The notes: a model not told the origin generated them from the letters alone. DNA of 63,994 nt, filler included, from an uncultured bacterium (GCA_964449065.1; 6 parts of 6 records of this genome joined end to end with filler, not necessarily neighbours in it), one strand, 5' to 3'; shown: positions 39,962 through 49,590, numbered from the whole stretch's first letter. Translations and numbers: made by a program.

Positions 39962-41017
39962 TCATCTTCTGGGCGAGGATACGCCGCTTCTGCCGCCTCT
40001 TGAAGAACGAATTTGCGGCAAAGAACGACGGGGGGAGAGAGAAGGAGTGTGGTATGTTTCCCGGCTTGGGAAACGCCCCGGTGACCGGATGTCTGCCCGG
40101 GGGCTTGTTTGGAAATGCAGCCGTGGTGAGGATATCGGTCTCGATCCGGTGGACGGACTCTGTCTTTTATCCGTCGATGTATCGATTCGTCTATCTTCCA
40201 AACGAAAAAAACGTTCCCTGCTGGGGGGATCAATGATTGAGCGCGGGTTGGGACGAATCAGAGAAGAGTAAGAGGAAGGAGTAACCCGTGGCGCGGTATT
40301 TCTGCTAACTCCGGTACGTTCCTGACGGGGTTTTTCCACCAAATACGGTTCGCGCTGTTTCCGTTCGTAATATGGGTAATGATGCACAGGGAAAAAATGG
40401 GGAAAATACCCATAGGCAAATGCGTAATGGCCGCCATAACGATACGATGGATGAAAGGGCGCATGATAAGAGCGGATACGGGTGTATGACCAATAGGGAT
40501 CAAACCAATATGGGTCATACGGATTGGAATAGGTATAAATATGATAACTGATATGTGCAGTCGGCTCATCATAATACATCTCATAATTCAGCCTTTCGGC
40601 ATCCCGCCATTCATGCCAATCGTAAATATACGAATTGGAGGGATACCCGTCTTCATGTTCATAGGATTTTCTTAGCGCGGTCGATGAATAGGTTTGCAGC
40701 GAATGGGATTGGGTGCTGTTTGGTATGAAAACATCTCCAATATACTGGGGAGTGGTATCCTGTATGACACGGGTTGCGTTCTGTAATTCTGGGCTGCCTG
40801 TCACTCTTGGTTCCAGATAGGTATACAAATGCTTGTCAACGTAATCGTGCGGGATGGAGGGAAATTCCGGATGGGTTAGAAAAACCGGCTCGTATATATC
40901 CGGGTTGGAATATTCATATTTGTTTGTATGCGAGCATCCTGCAAACAATAGAATAACTGCAACCAACATCAGGGCTGAAGAGACACGTATGGATCTAAAT
41001 AACAGAGATAAAAACAT
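39962..41017 (-). CDS. Hypothetical lipoprotein with Tyr/His/Pro-rich middle and Arg/Ser-rich tail
   Basis: Lipobox LFAGC; compositional bias; GGAG RBS. Confidence 0.7.
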   Translation of the reverse strand: MFLSLLFRSIRVSSALMLVAVILLFAGCSHTNKYEYSNPDIYEPVFLTHPEFPSIPHDYVDKHLYTYLEPRVTGSPELQNATRVIQDTTPQYIGDVFIPNSTQSHSLQTYSSTALRKSYEHEDGYPSNSYIYDWHEWRDAERLNYEMYYDEPTAHISYHIYTYSNPYDPYWFDPYWSYTRIRSYHAPFHPSYRYGGHYAFAYGYFPHFFPVHHYPYYERKQREPYLVEKPRQERTGVSRNTAPRVTPSSYSSLIRPNPRSIIDPPSRERFFRLEDRRIDTSTDKRQSPSTGSRPISSPRLHFQTSPRADIRSPGRFPSRETYHTPSLSPRRSLPQIRSSRGGRSGVSSPRR

Positions 41018-41147
41018 AATGACTGGCTTTTTGACAGATACTCCTGTATGATTTCAATAAGTTTTGATTATAGTATAGCATGTTTGCTGAAGTTATGTGG
41101 TACAGAAGCATTCCGGTTTTAAATTTTGATGTAAGGAGTGAACGAGC

Positions 41148-42494
41148 ATGCCTCCCGGACAACCTTCTTGGCAGCGGCGCAGCGTGGGCGCGCAGGATTT
41201 GGGTTCCAAATTGGAACAAGCGTTGAAAAAACGGGAACAAGCGGAAAAAGAATACCGTACCACTCATCAAAAGCATTGGACGATTATGTTTATTGATGTT
41301 TCCGCCTCCGCCAAATCCTTGTGGGATTTGGGCGAAGTGGTTGTGGATACGGTATTTGGCTTTTACCAAGAACGTGTGCGTGCCATTTTGCACTACAAAA
41401 ACAGCTGCTTCATTGAACCCGGAGGGGGACCGCAGGTCGTTTGTTGCTTTGAAACGCCTGAGCAAGCCGTTATGGGCGCTCATGCCGTTTTGCAGGGAAT
41501 CAAACAACTGAACGCAACGCAAGACCAAGCGCTGCATGTTATGCCTGCCATCGGAATGCATCAAGGCTACGTTCACTATTACGATGGTACGATTCATCAA
41601 TCCAACACCAACAACATGGCCAAACGAATTCAAACCGAAGCGAAGCCTGGACAAATTTTTGTCTCGTCTGTTGTACACGAGGAAATCAACTACGACAAAC
41701 GCTTCATGCTGAATTATGACCGAACCGCAAATTTAAAAAATATCCCCGAACCACAGGATATTTATGAGGTAAAGGTCGTTGTGCCGGAGGATGAAAATGT
41801 GAATTATTTGGAGTTGCAGCCTCCACCGGAACCGAAAGAGAAGAAAGAACCCACGCGCCGGACGAATATTGAAGATCCGCGTGATCTGGAAGATCATCAC
41901 TACAACTGGGTGTTTGCCTATATTGATGTGTGCGAATCAACCAAAAAGTTTTGGAAGTACGGCGACCGCCAGGCGCGGGAGTTGATCCGCGAATATCAGG
42001 TTCTCTGCCACGAAACCTTTAAAAAATATGGTTGTTCGTATGTTGAATCGTCCGAAGGTGACCAAATTGTCGGTTGCTTTGACAAAGAGAAAGTTGAGGA
42101 TGCCTTAAAAGCGTCCATTCAAATATTGCAGGGTTTGTTTAAACGCAATGTCAATGTGCCCCACAACCGCCAAGTACGGGCCGCGATTGGGATGCATGTG
42201 GGAGAAGTGATTGTGCAAGCCGGTCAAAAGCAGTTAATTACCACCAAAGACATGCGCTTCGGCAAAACGATTCAGGGGGAAGCGGAAGCCGACGATTTGC
42301 TCATCTCGGATACCGTGAAAGACATGCTCCCGAAAATTGCGGGGGATGTGGAGTACTTTGACGACTGCCAACTGAGCGGATCAAACGAGATCCATGAAAT
42401 GTACAGCGTGAAATGGTTCAATTTGCGCAATGATTCAGAACGGACAAGATTGACCGACCCGTTTCAACGCAAGCCTGGCGGGCTGCGGCGATAG
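41148..42494 (+). CDS. Tandem class III adenylate/guanylate cyclase domain protein
   Basis: Two domains: IMFIDV..AIGMHQG..NMAKR..GQIFVS..LKN and FAYIDV..EGDQ..RAAIGMHVGEV..LLIS; AAGGAG RBS. Confidence 0.88.
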   Translation: MPPGQPSWQRRSVGAQDLGSKLEQALKKREQAEKEYRTTHQKHWTIMFIDVSASAKSLWDLGEVVVDTVFGFYQERVRAILHYKNSCFIEPGGGPQVVCCFETPEQAVMGAHAVLQGIKQLNATQDQALHVMPAIGMHQGYVHYYDGTIHQSNTNNMAKRIQTEAKPGQIFVSSVVHEEINYDKRFMLNYDRTANLKNIPEPQDIYEVKVVVPEDENVNYLELQPPPEPKEKKEPTRRTNIEDPRDLEDHHYNWVFAYIDVCESTKKFWKYGDRQARELIREYQVLCHETFKKYGCSYVESSEGDQIVGCFDKEKVEDALKASIQILQGLFKRNVNVPHNRQVRAAIGMHVGEVIVQAGQKQLITTKDMRFGKTIQGEAEADDLLISDTVKDMLPKIAGDVEYFDDCQLSGSNEIHEMYSVKWFNLRNDSERTRLTDPFQRKPGGLRR

Positions 42495-42516
42495 TGCCAT
42501 GAATGAATGGCCCTTC

Positions 42517-42938
42517 TTAGCGTTTCGGAATTGAATAACTGGGAAGCTTCGGCTTCCAGCCGGTAAATGACGGACCGGAAAAGTCAAAAATTGTGGTGCA
42601 GGCTTCCAGCCTGCCGCTATATACTGTTCAGCCTGTAGCGTGAGTTACACCGTTCTAGTACAGTGTCAGCGATTAAATGACGGGTGTCGATCCCACCTAC
42701 CCATTTAATAAGTGGGGAACAACGACAGATTCTGTCTATCCAACTCCGAAACGCTCTAGCCCACCACTCGCGCAAGCGAGACATGGGAGGGCGAGGCTCC
42801 CGCCGCGCCGGAAGCACAGTTTTTAAGAGATTGAAAGCGATTGGATTTATTTGTATGGCACAAAGCAAAGCGCAGCCCACCATGACTATCTCTGCTCACT
42901 CGATTTGAACCAACATTCTTATTGCAACTTGGTATAAT
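42517..42938. mobile_element. Chain of IR-bounded mini-elements and REPs
   Basis: TAGCGTTTCGGAATTG ... CAACTCCGAAACGCTCTAG inverted ends; nested CTAGTACAGTGTCA copy at 42655; REP C at 42785; ends TGCAACTTGGTATA. Confidence 0.7.
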
Positions 42939-42956
42939 ACAAAATTGTAAGCGGCA

Positions 42957-44435
42957 TTATTCTCCATGAACCAAGCGGGGTTCCGTGGGCATTAGGGTGC
43001 GCAACTTGCGGCGGGCTTTTGATTTGATCAGCGTGCTGATGGGGATGTTTTCGGTGGCATACTCTACCGAATTCAAGTAGTTCTGGTTTTTTTGGCTCTC
43101 ATTGCGCAATTTGGAGTGCTCCGCAATCAGCGTTTCGACTTTCTTGCCGATCATGTAATAGTTATAAAACTCTTCCAACGGCACGTTTTCATGGTTCAAA
43201 TAGGGCCAGGTGTTGAAGAGGTATTCTTTTTCATCTTCAAAGTCTTCCGGCTCTAACGCAATGCCGCGGAGGTTGGTGTCGCTGACACCCGCTTTCTTCG
43301 ACCATTCCCATACCTGTGTCATCGGCAAAATTTGCAGCGGCGCGAAAGAGACATTGTCGAAGACATCGGTGTTGGAGAGCACAAAATCGAAGTTCGCCAA
43401 AATATCGTCGCGGGTTTCACCAGGCGTGCCCATGATAAAGCAGGAACTGTATTTCACTCCGTGTTTGCGGCCCAAACGCAGGGCTTCGTCATTTTCTTTG
43501 ACGGTGCAGCCTTTTTTGTTGAGCTTAAACAGCATGTCATCCGAGCCGGATTCGAACCCGATGTTTAATACACTGTTGTTGACGGATGCCAAGGCATCCA
43601 CCACTTCATCATCCAATAGATTGGCACGGACAAAGCAACGGAACTCAATGCCTTCATGCAGGCCGCGTTCGCGGATCATTCTGGAAAGCTCAATCACCCG
43701 CTTGCGCTGCACGACATACAAATCATCAAAGATTGAAATTTCCGCTGGGTCGTATTGTTCGCGAATGAGTTCAATCTCACGAACGACATACTCATTGCTG
43801 GGGTAGCGGAATCCGCGTCCCCAGTGGTGAATGGTGGAACAAAACGAGCAATCATAGGGGCAGCCGCGCGAGGTCATGATGTTCACGATCCCGCCGCGCT
43901 GCATGTTCCATTTGGGTTGGATGATTTCGCGGTCGGGATAGGGGATGGAATCGAGGTCTTGAATCGCCGGGCGCTTGGCCGATTTTTCCAACACACCATC
44001 TTCGTTGTGAAAGAGCAAGCCGGGAAGGTTGCGCAGGTCTTCCGCGCGAAACGCTTTGCGGTCTTTCCACAGGCGCACTACCTCGGCAAAGGTTTCTTCT
44101 CCTTCGCCTAAGATGGCGAAATCAAAAACCGGATCAAGAACGGTCGGCAGTGTGGAAACATGCGGACCGCCGCAGAGCACGGGGCATCCCAATGCGTTTT
44201 TGATCTTTTGGGCTTCGCGAATTGCGTAAGTATAGTTGAAGGTGACAAACGTGAGACCGCAAAAATCCGGTTTATGCTGGATCAAATCTTCCGGACGGCG
44301 TTCAATGATAATTTCAACACCACCGACGTATTGATCCACATAGGATTTAAGATAGCCCAAACCGAGCGGGGGAACATAAGACCACAGATCATCTGTTTGG
44401 GGGTAACAACATAACGCTAAACCGATTTTAATCAC
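42957..44435 (-). CDS. B12-binding radical SAM protein
   Basis: PPLGLGYL, GGPH, GEGE, SRGCPYDCSFC and GFESGS motifs. Confidence 0.93.
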   Translation of the reverse strand: MIKIGLALCCYPQTDDLWSYVPPLGLGYLKSYVDQYVGGVEIIIERRPEDLIQHKPDFCGLTFVTFNYTYAIREAQKIKNALGCPVLCGGPHVSTLPTVLDPVFDFAILGEGEETFAEVVRLWKDRKAFRAEDLRNLPGLLFHNEDGVLEKSAKRPAIQDLDSIPYPDREIIQPKWNMQRGGIVNIMTSRGCPYDCSFCSTIHHWGRGFRYPSNEYVVREIELIREQYDPAEISIFDDLYVVQRKRVIELSRMIRERGLHEGIEFRCFVRANLLDDEVVDALASVNNSVLNIGFESGSDDMLFKLNKKGCTVKENDEALRLGRKHGVKYSSCFIMGTPGETRDDILANFDFVLSNTDVFDNVSFAPLQILPMTQVWEWSKKAGVSDTNLRGIALEPEDFEDEKEYLFNTWPYLNHENVPLEEFYNYYMIGKKVETLIAEHSKLRNESQKNQNYLNSVEYATENIPISTLIKSKARRKLRTLMPTEPRLVHGE

Positions 44436-44583
44436 GTATCATCTCCACGACATATACAGTTGCATTAAGAAATACTAATTCATTCAGCCGCTACAGACAA
44501 TGGAATCCAAGAAAAATAGGAGCGGTTTGATCTATAAACTTATATAAACGTGTAAAAATATGTAAGAGATGTTTCCTCTGATC

Positions 44584-44730
44584 TATAGCATTTCAGAGTT
44601 GAATAGCCGGTGCGTCAATCCATACAACTCAATGTAAATAATCTCGAAAAAGTTGTCCCAACAATGTTTTTTGGGAGGGCGAGTCTCCCGACGATCCAGG
44701 TTTGGGAGGGCGAGTCTCCCGACGAGCCGG
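44584..44730 (+). repeat. Mini-element end plus two tandem REP C copies
   Basis: CTATAGCATTTCAGAGTTGAATAG; GGGAGGGCGAGTCTCCCGACGA at 44673 and 44704. Confidence 0.7.
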
Positions 44731-44843
44731 AAGTACGCTTCATTCCAATCCGAGCGTATTTTTGGCAACATCGCTTTAAATAATGAAAAAGCCCCAAATG
44801 GGCACCCTAACATAACCCAAGGCAACACCCTGTTAATAGTTGT

Positions 44844-44943
44844 NNNNNNNNNNNNNNNNNNNNNNNNNNNNNNNNNNNNNNNNNNNNTTAATTAATTAAN
44901 NNNNNNNNNNNNNNNNNNNNNNNNNNNNNNNNNNNNNNNNNNN
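44844..44943. other. Artificial contig linker 4
   Basis: N/TTAATTAATTAA/N. Confidence 0.97.
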
Positions 44944-45142
44944 GGTTCGGCTTCCAATGAATTTCCGGTTTAAGGGAAAGGAGGTATTTATCCGAAAAGA
45001 TGAACAAACGGGTGATGTAATATTGTCTGAAAAACCCGAAGATTGGAACGATTTTTTTGCCTTGGCAAACTCAACCGATGAAAACAAAGATTTCTTGATT
45101 GACAGAAAAGACGAACCGGCGCAAGAAAGAGAATTGTTTTGA
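44944..45142 (+). CDS. vapB: AbrB/VagC-type VapB antitoxin (5' end cut by linker)
   Basis: VRLPMNFRFKGKEVFIRKD..GDVILSEKP..W..FF...QERELF. Confidence 0.85.
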
Positions 45143-45200
45143 TGAGACGTAGTCAATTATATTATGTCAAGTGTTATGAGTGGGGTTAGGGGATAATGTT

Positions 45201-46646
45201 TTATAACTGATATACTTCATTTACTAAGTTCTTGTTGATTTTTGCCAAAAAACTGTTTTCATCCTTATACAAGATTTCAATTAACCCTTTCTCTTCTAAA
45301 TATATCCATTCATTATTTTGTGATTCCAATGGCATAAGAATATATTCTGTATTTAATTTTGTAATTTCATCTAAATATTTAATTGGCATATAACGAAAAA
45401 TCTTTTCTAGACGGATATGTTTTATGTCATAAGGTTCGATACGTGTATCTACAAATATCTTTGCAGATTTATTTGTATGCCAAATAACATATCCAGCCCA
45501 TGGCCAAGGAGTAATAATATTTCCGGATATTTTATGATCTTTCATATACTCCACTGCATACTTGGGTAGCAAAGTAACTCCAGCATTTTTTTGAGGAATC
45601 TGGAAAAGAAATAATAGGATAAAGATAGATAGAATTAAAGACCAGTGAGTTTGATTATCTTTGGAGAAAATAGGTGGTAAATGATGGCGTAAATTGATTA
45701 TCGGCAGAAAGATCAACCATAAAAGCCTAAAGTGCAGAAATCCTAAAATGAAACAGGTTAAATCAACGAGAATACAACTCATTTTTCCTTGATATATATG
45801 TTTCCATGATTTTTTTATCATATACATCCATAAAATCACATTAAACATGAATATAAGTAAATGAGGCATAAAATATATGGGATTTAACAAAAAACGCTGC
45901 AAGAGACTAAGCCAATCCAGCGTTGGATAGGAACCAGCTGAAAGAGTACGCTGTATCAATGATATTGGATGAGGATTAATTAAAGACATTAACAGTAAAA
46001 TAGATGCTAGCAGATGCCATGTAAATGGATAGCAATGTTTCTTTGAAGCCAGCCATTGAATCAGGTCAAAGAACATTTTTATGCCAATATAAAAGCATGC
46101 AATAAAACAAGCGCCATGAGAATTCACCCAGAAGAGCATCATAAGCGGTAGAGCATACCATTGATATTTATGAGGTTGAGGATTCATAACAAACAAATAG
46201 AAAAATATCATAAAAAACGGACTGATAAGGAATGGACGAACCGGACGGTCCCACGTAATCATGCATGCCATCATCATGACTAGAAAAGCAATCGTTTGAT
46301 TCTTCCGTTCTTTTTGAAGTAAAATATAAATTGTATAGGGGAACGCGATGAGAAAAATATAGCGATTTATCTGAAGTACAAGTATACCCAGCCCATTTGA
46401 AATTGCTTCACCTGCATACCACAGAAAATAGAAAATGATATCGATAAACCAAGAATGGATCACCCATTCATTCTTTGATATATAGGAATAAGTATTGGGG
46501 CTTGGCCAAATACTTTCCTCAACAATATCTTTTCCAATCTGTAGATGCCAATAAATATCAAACGATGGTGGAATAACCAAAAATAAACCGGTGCAGAGAA
46601 GAACTGGATTTGAATATTTAATGAAAATTAAAAACTCTTTCTTCAT
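45201..46646 (-). CDS. Multi-pass membrane protein, GT-C-like glycosyltransferase
   Basis: DIYWHLQIG after TM1, RPFL, FWVNSHG, LINP, many TM segments, C-terminal periplasmic GYVIW..KIFVDTR domain. Confidence 0.7.
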   Translation of the reverse strand: MKKEFLIFIKYSNPVLLCTGLFLVIPPSFDIYWHLQIGKDIVEESIWPSPNTYSYISKNEWVIHSWFIDIIFYFLWYAGEAISNGLGILVLQINRYIFLIAFPYTIYILLQKERKNQTIAFLVMMMACMITWDRPVRPFLISPFFMIFFYLFVMNPQPHKYQWYALPLMMLFWVNSHGACFIACFYIGIKMFFDLIQWLASKKHCYPFTWHLLASILLLMSLINPHPISLIQRTLSAGSYPTLDWLSLLQRFLLNPIYFMPHLLIFMFNVILWMYMIKKSWKHIYQGKMSCILVDLTCFILGFLHFRLLWLIFLPIINLRHHLPPIFSKDNQTHWSLILSIFILLFLFQIPQKNAGVTLLPKYAVEYMKDHKISGNIITPWPWAGYVIWHTNKSAKIFVDTRIEPYDIKHIRLEKIFRYMPIKYLDEITKLNTEYILMPLESQNNEWIYLEEKGLIEILYKDENSFLAKINKNLVNEVYQL

Positions 46647-47066
46647 TTATGGACAGTTCTGAGTTGTAAAATGTTGCGATACTGTAAACCGATTGCATGA
46701 AGTCTCAGAATTAGTACTGCAATAATAACTAAATAAACCACTTTTCCACTCTTTTGATATTAAGGTACCTACATGTGATATATTAGGGTAATCAGTGTGA
46801 TAAATTGGATCCCCACTATCCACTAGAGAATAATGTTTATACTTATTCCCTAATCCACTTCCAGAGGTACTCCATACAGACTCACAAACCGGTGAACAGG
46901 GATCCATATGAAATCCTGGATAAAGCGATGCGTATGTAGTAACATATTCGCTTGTATTTTGTATCCATCGTGCCGTAATACTCTCGCAACACGCTATGGA
47001 CAATTTATTCCAAACAAGAGTAAATGCAACAAAAAACATTATTATGATTAATAAAACATTTCGCAT
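46647..47066 (-). CDS. Cys-rich secreted protein, paralog 2
   Basis: Signal peptide ending KLSIA, then CCES; AAGGAGG RBS; aligns with 47079-47525. Confidence 0.8.
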   Translation of the reverse strand: MRNVLLIIIMFFVAFTLVWNKLSIACCESITARWIQNTSEYVTTYASLYPGFHMDPCSPVCESVWSTSGSGLGNKYKHYSLVDSGDPIYHTDYPNISHVGTLISKEWKSGLFSYYCSTNSETSCNRFTVSQHFTTQNCP

Positions 47067-47078
47067 GATATTACCTCC

Positions 47079-47525
47079 TTATGGTAGATCAGTACAATCG
47101 GAACCTGTATCAAAATCGCTTGCTACATATGGTTGCCAACTATTATAACTAGAAGTATTTATGCATGACCATGATGTAAAGAATATACCAACATCTTTCC
47201 ATTCACGATCTTGTTTATTACCAAAACCCTTTCCATTCCCTTGCGGATATGTAATCATCCTCAAAATTGCACCATAACTTACAATCGAAAGATGCTCATA
47301 ATTTTGGTTTGTATAGCTTGAATATGGTGACCAAGTGTTATTACAAAGAGGTGAGCAATTGATGCCAACTAAGTCTGGCCTTACAGCTGAATAAGTAACG
47401 ACATAGTCACTGGTGGTTTGCAATAAACGCATTGACCAACTGTCACAACATGCAATTGAAAGTTTTTCATAAATCAACGATAACACAACTAAGGATAATA
47501 TGAGCGTGATTAATATTATACGCAT
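47079..47525 (-). CDS. Cys-rich secreted protein, paralog 1
   Basis: Signal peptide ending KLSIA, then CCDS; GAGGAG RBS; six Cys. Confidence 0.8.
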   Translation of the reverse strand: MRIILITLILSLVVLSLIYEKLSIACCDSWSMRLLQTTSDYVVTYSAVRPDLVGINCSPLCNNTWSPYSSYTNQNYEHLSIVSYGAILRMITYPQGNGKGFGNKQDREWKDVGIFFTSWSCINTSSYNSWQPYVASDFDTGSDCTDLP

Positions 47526-47545
47526 ATCTATTTCTCCTCAATTTT

Positions 47546-48376
47546 TTAATTATTATTCTTTTCAGGGATTGTAAAAAGAGATTTGTATTCATTTGTACCT
47601 ACTTCCCGAACAATTGACATCCGAGTTTCATAAGTATCCCCTTTTTCTCTATGTACGTAGTATACGGGAACAATCATACTTTGATAATGATCCCATTCAT
47701 ATTTAATGTAGGCATCGGCATTATCTTTACTTCCAATAAAACATTCCAGTATCCTGTCCTTTTTTGATAAGAATACATTTCTTCCTTCATTTTCAATGTG
47801 ATGAACTTTATTTTCCGGAAATGATGAGTCGGATAATAATTTAACAATTTCATTGAATTCTGTAATCCAGTACTCTGCCAATGTAGTTTCTACTCGACTT
47901 TCACGACCTTCTAAATCATGGTGAAACCGGTGATTAATTTTTTGTGGAGCATTGACTTCCGATACATATCGTGTTGATTGATTTTCAATGATCGTAACAT
48001 ACGTGTTTAAGTCAATCGACGGTTCTTCCGCAGTAAAATTAGTATCATCTAAGCGGATGATGGGTTTTTGAAAATCAATACGATACTGTAGTAATATTCC
48101 GTCATCAGATAATTCAATGATATATTCAACAGGAAATGAATAAGTAATTCCTGAAGTTACAATTTTTGATGCGTTGATATTATTTAGAAGCAATTTTGGG
48201 TGGTTCTCCACATCTTCATCCAGTGTACCTCTAATAATATCTTTGCCCGCTTGACTTTCCGCTTCATGAGTAACAGTTATAATGCCTTTTAATTCTAACA
48301 CTACTGCATGAATGGATTCTACAGAAATAAAACAGATCAAAATCGAAAATAATACTTGTTTGAATGGATACTTCAT
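47546..48376 (-). CDS. Secreted hypothetical protein
   Basis: Signal peptide; AGGAGG RBS; beta-rich, ends LFTIP. Confidence 0.75.
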   Translation of the reverse strand: MKYPFKQVLFSILICFISVESIHAVVLELKGIITVTHEAESQAGKDIIRGTLDEDVENHPKLLLNNINASKIVTSGITYSFPVEYIIELSDDGILLQYRIDFQKPIIRLDDTNFTAEEPSIDLNTYVTIIENQSTRYVSEVNAPQKINHRFHHDLEGRESRVETTLAEYWITEFNEIVKLLSDSSFPENKVHHIENEGRNVFLSKKDRILECFIGSKDNADAYIKYEWDHYQSMIVPVYYVHREKGDTYETRMSIVREVGTNEYKSLFTIPEKNNN

Positions 48377-48391
48377 TTTATTCCTCCTAAT

Positions 48392-49375
48392 TTAAGTATT
48401 TAATAATACATATCTCATTATCTTTTTGCCATTACTGAAATGAAATTCGATGGTGTCCATTGTTTCCAAATTGTCCACCGGGAAATTGATTACTGTATAC
48501 GTTGCAGTGTGGTTAGAAAACGAACTCTCTTTTTTAAATGGAATAACTATATCGCGTTTTTTGCTGGTGATTCGAATGAGTTCAGTATTGGAAGGCATCG
48601 TAATTGAAGCAATAATATCGTTGGTTTGATTATGAAAAAATTGGTTTGGATTGATTGTTACCGATGTTTCAAATGTAATTTGAATCGGTATCGAGAAGCG
48701 ATATTTTCTCCCATTCTTTTTAGCATGTACAGATACCTTACCAATAATCTGCCCATCCGCTTTACCCATGTTCTTTATTTGTAATGTCCCTGCTAAAATT
48801 TTGTTTTCGTTTACTGAATTGAGTTGAACATCTATGACATCAGATGGATTGGCTAATGAGGGAAACTGAATGGATTCTATTTTCCAAGCATCCCATTCGC
48901 TATCATCCAGTGATTCAATAACAAACGTGTTAAAATAAACTCCATGATTCCTGGTAATGACGCCGCTTAGCAATTCCGGATGCAACATGGCTGTTGATTT
49001 TGTTTTTCCTGAAAATTCTAACGGGTATCTTTTGGTTTCATTTGGATATGAAGCAACAATAAAATAATTGGTATGAAACGAACCCGACTCTTTTGGATAT
49101 TCAAATGGAATTGTTAAGATTCGGTCTTCCCCAGGGTGAATGGGTAAAGTCGCTGAGGCAATGGTATAGCACCCACAATCCGGTTGAATGATCAGTTTTT
49201 GAATCTTTGTGTTGCCGGTATTTTCTACCTTAATGGTTATATTTTCAACAGTAGCCGGTTCATTATTCTGTAGCAGAATCATGCTAGGAGATACAGAAAT
49301 ACCATTTTGCATAGTGCAAGAAGTACATAGTAGAAAGAAAAAAATAGCATTCATTTGAACAATACGGCTAACCAT
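48392..49375 (-). CDS. Lipoprotein with DUF1573-like Ig domains
   Basis: Lipoprotein-like LLCTSC; VENTGN..L.I.PDCGC...IHPGE motif. Confidence 0.75.
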   Translation of the reverse strand: MVSRIVQMNAIFFFLLCTSCTMQNGISVSPSMILLQNNEPATVENITIKVENTGNTKIQKLIIQPDCGCYTIASATLPIHPGEDRILTIPFEYPKESGSFHTNYFIVASYPNETKRYPLEFSGKTKSTAMLHPELLSGVITRNHGVYFNTFVIESLDDSEWDAWKIESIQFPSLANPSDVIDVQLNSVNENKILAGTLQIKNMGKADGQIIGKVSVHAKKNGRKYRFSIPIQITFETSVTINPNQFFHNQTNDIIASITMPSNTELIRITSKKRDIVIPFKKESSFSNHTATYTVINFPVDNLETMDTIEFHFSNGKKIMRYVLLNT

Positions 49376-49407
49376 TAAAATTCTCTCCTATTCAACAATT
49401 ATAGACC

Positions 49408-49438
49408 AATATACCCCCCCCCCCCCCGCTTTTGTCAA
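49408..49438 (-). promoter_or_regulatory. Sigma70 promoter with G14 tract in spacer (candidate phase-variation switch)
   Basis: Minus strand TTGACA-AAAGC-G14-TATATT, just upstream of the RBS and ATG 49375. Confidence 0.7.
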
Positions 49439-49590
49439 GACATTTTTTCACTTTTTTACAGAAGACCCCTTGTGGTATCTAAAGCAATGGAGAGAAGTTA
49501 TGAGAACAACTCAATTATGAATAAACCCGTAGTACTGATTTATTTAGACTTATGATAATTTTAAATCATATATACTTGGAGGAATAAAAT

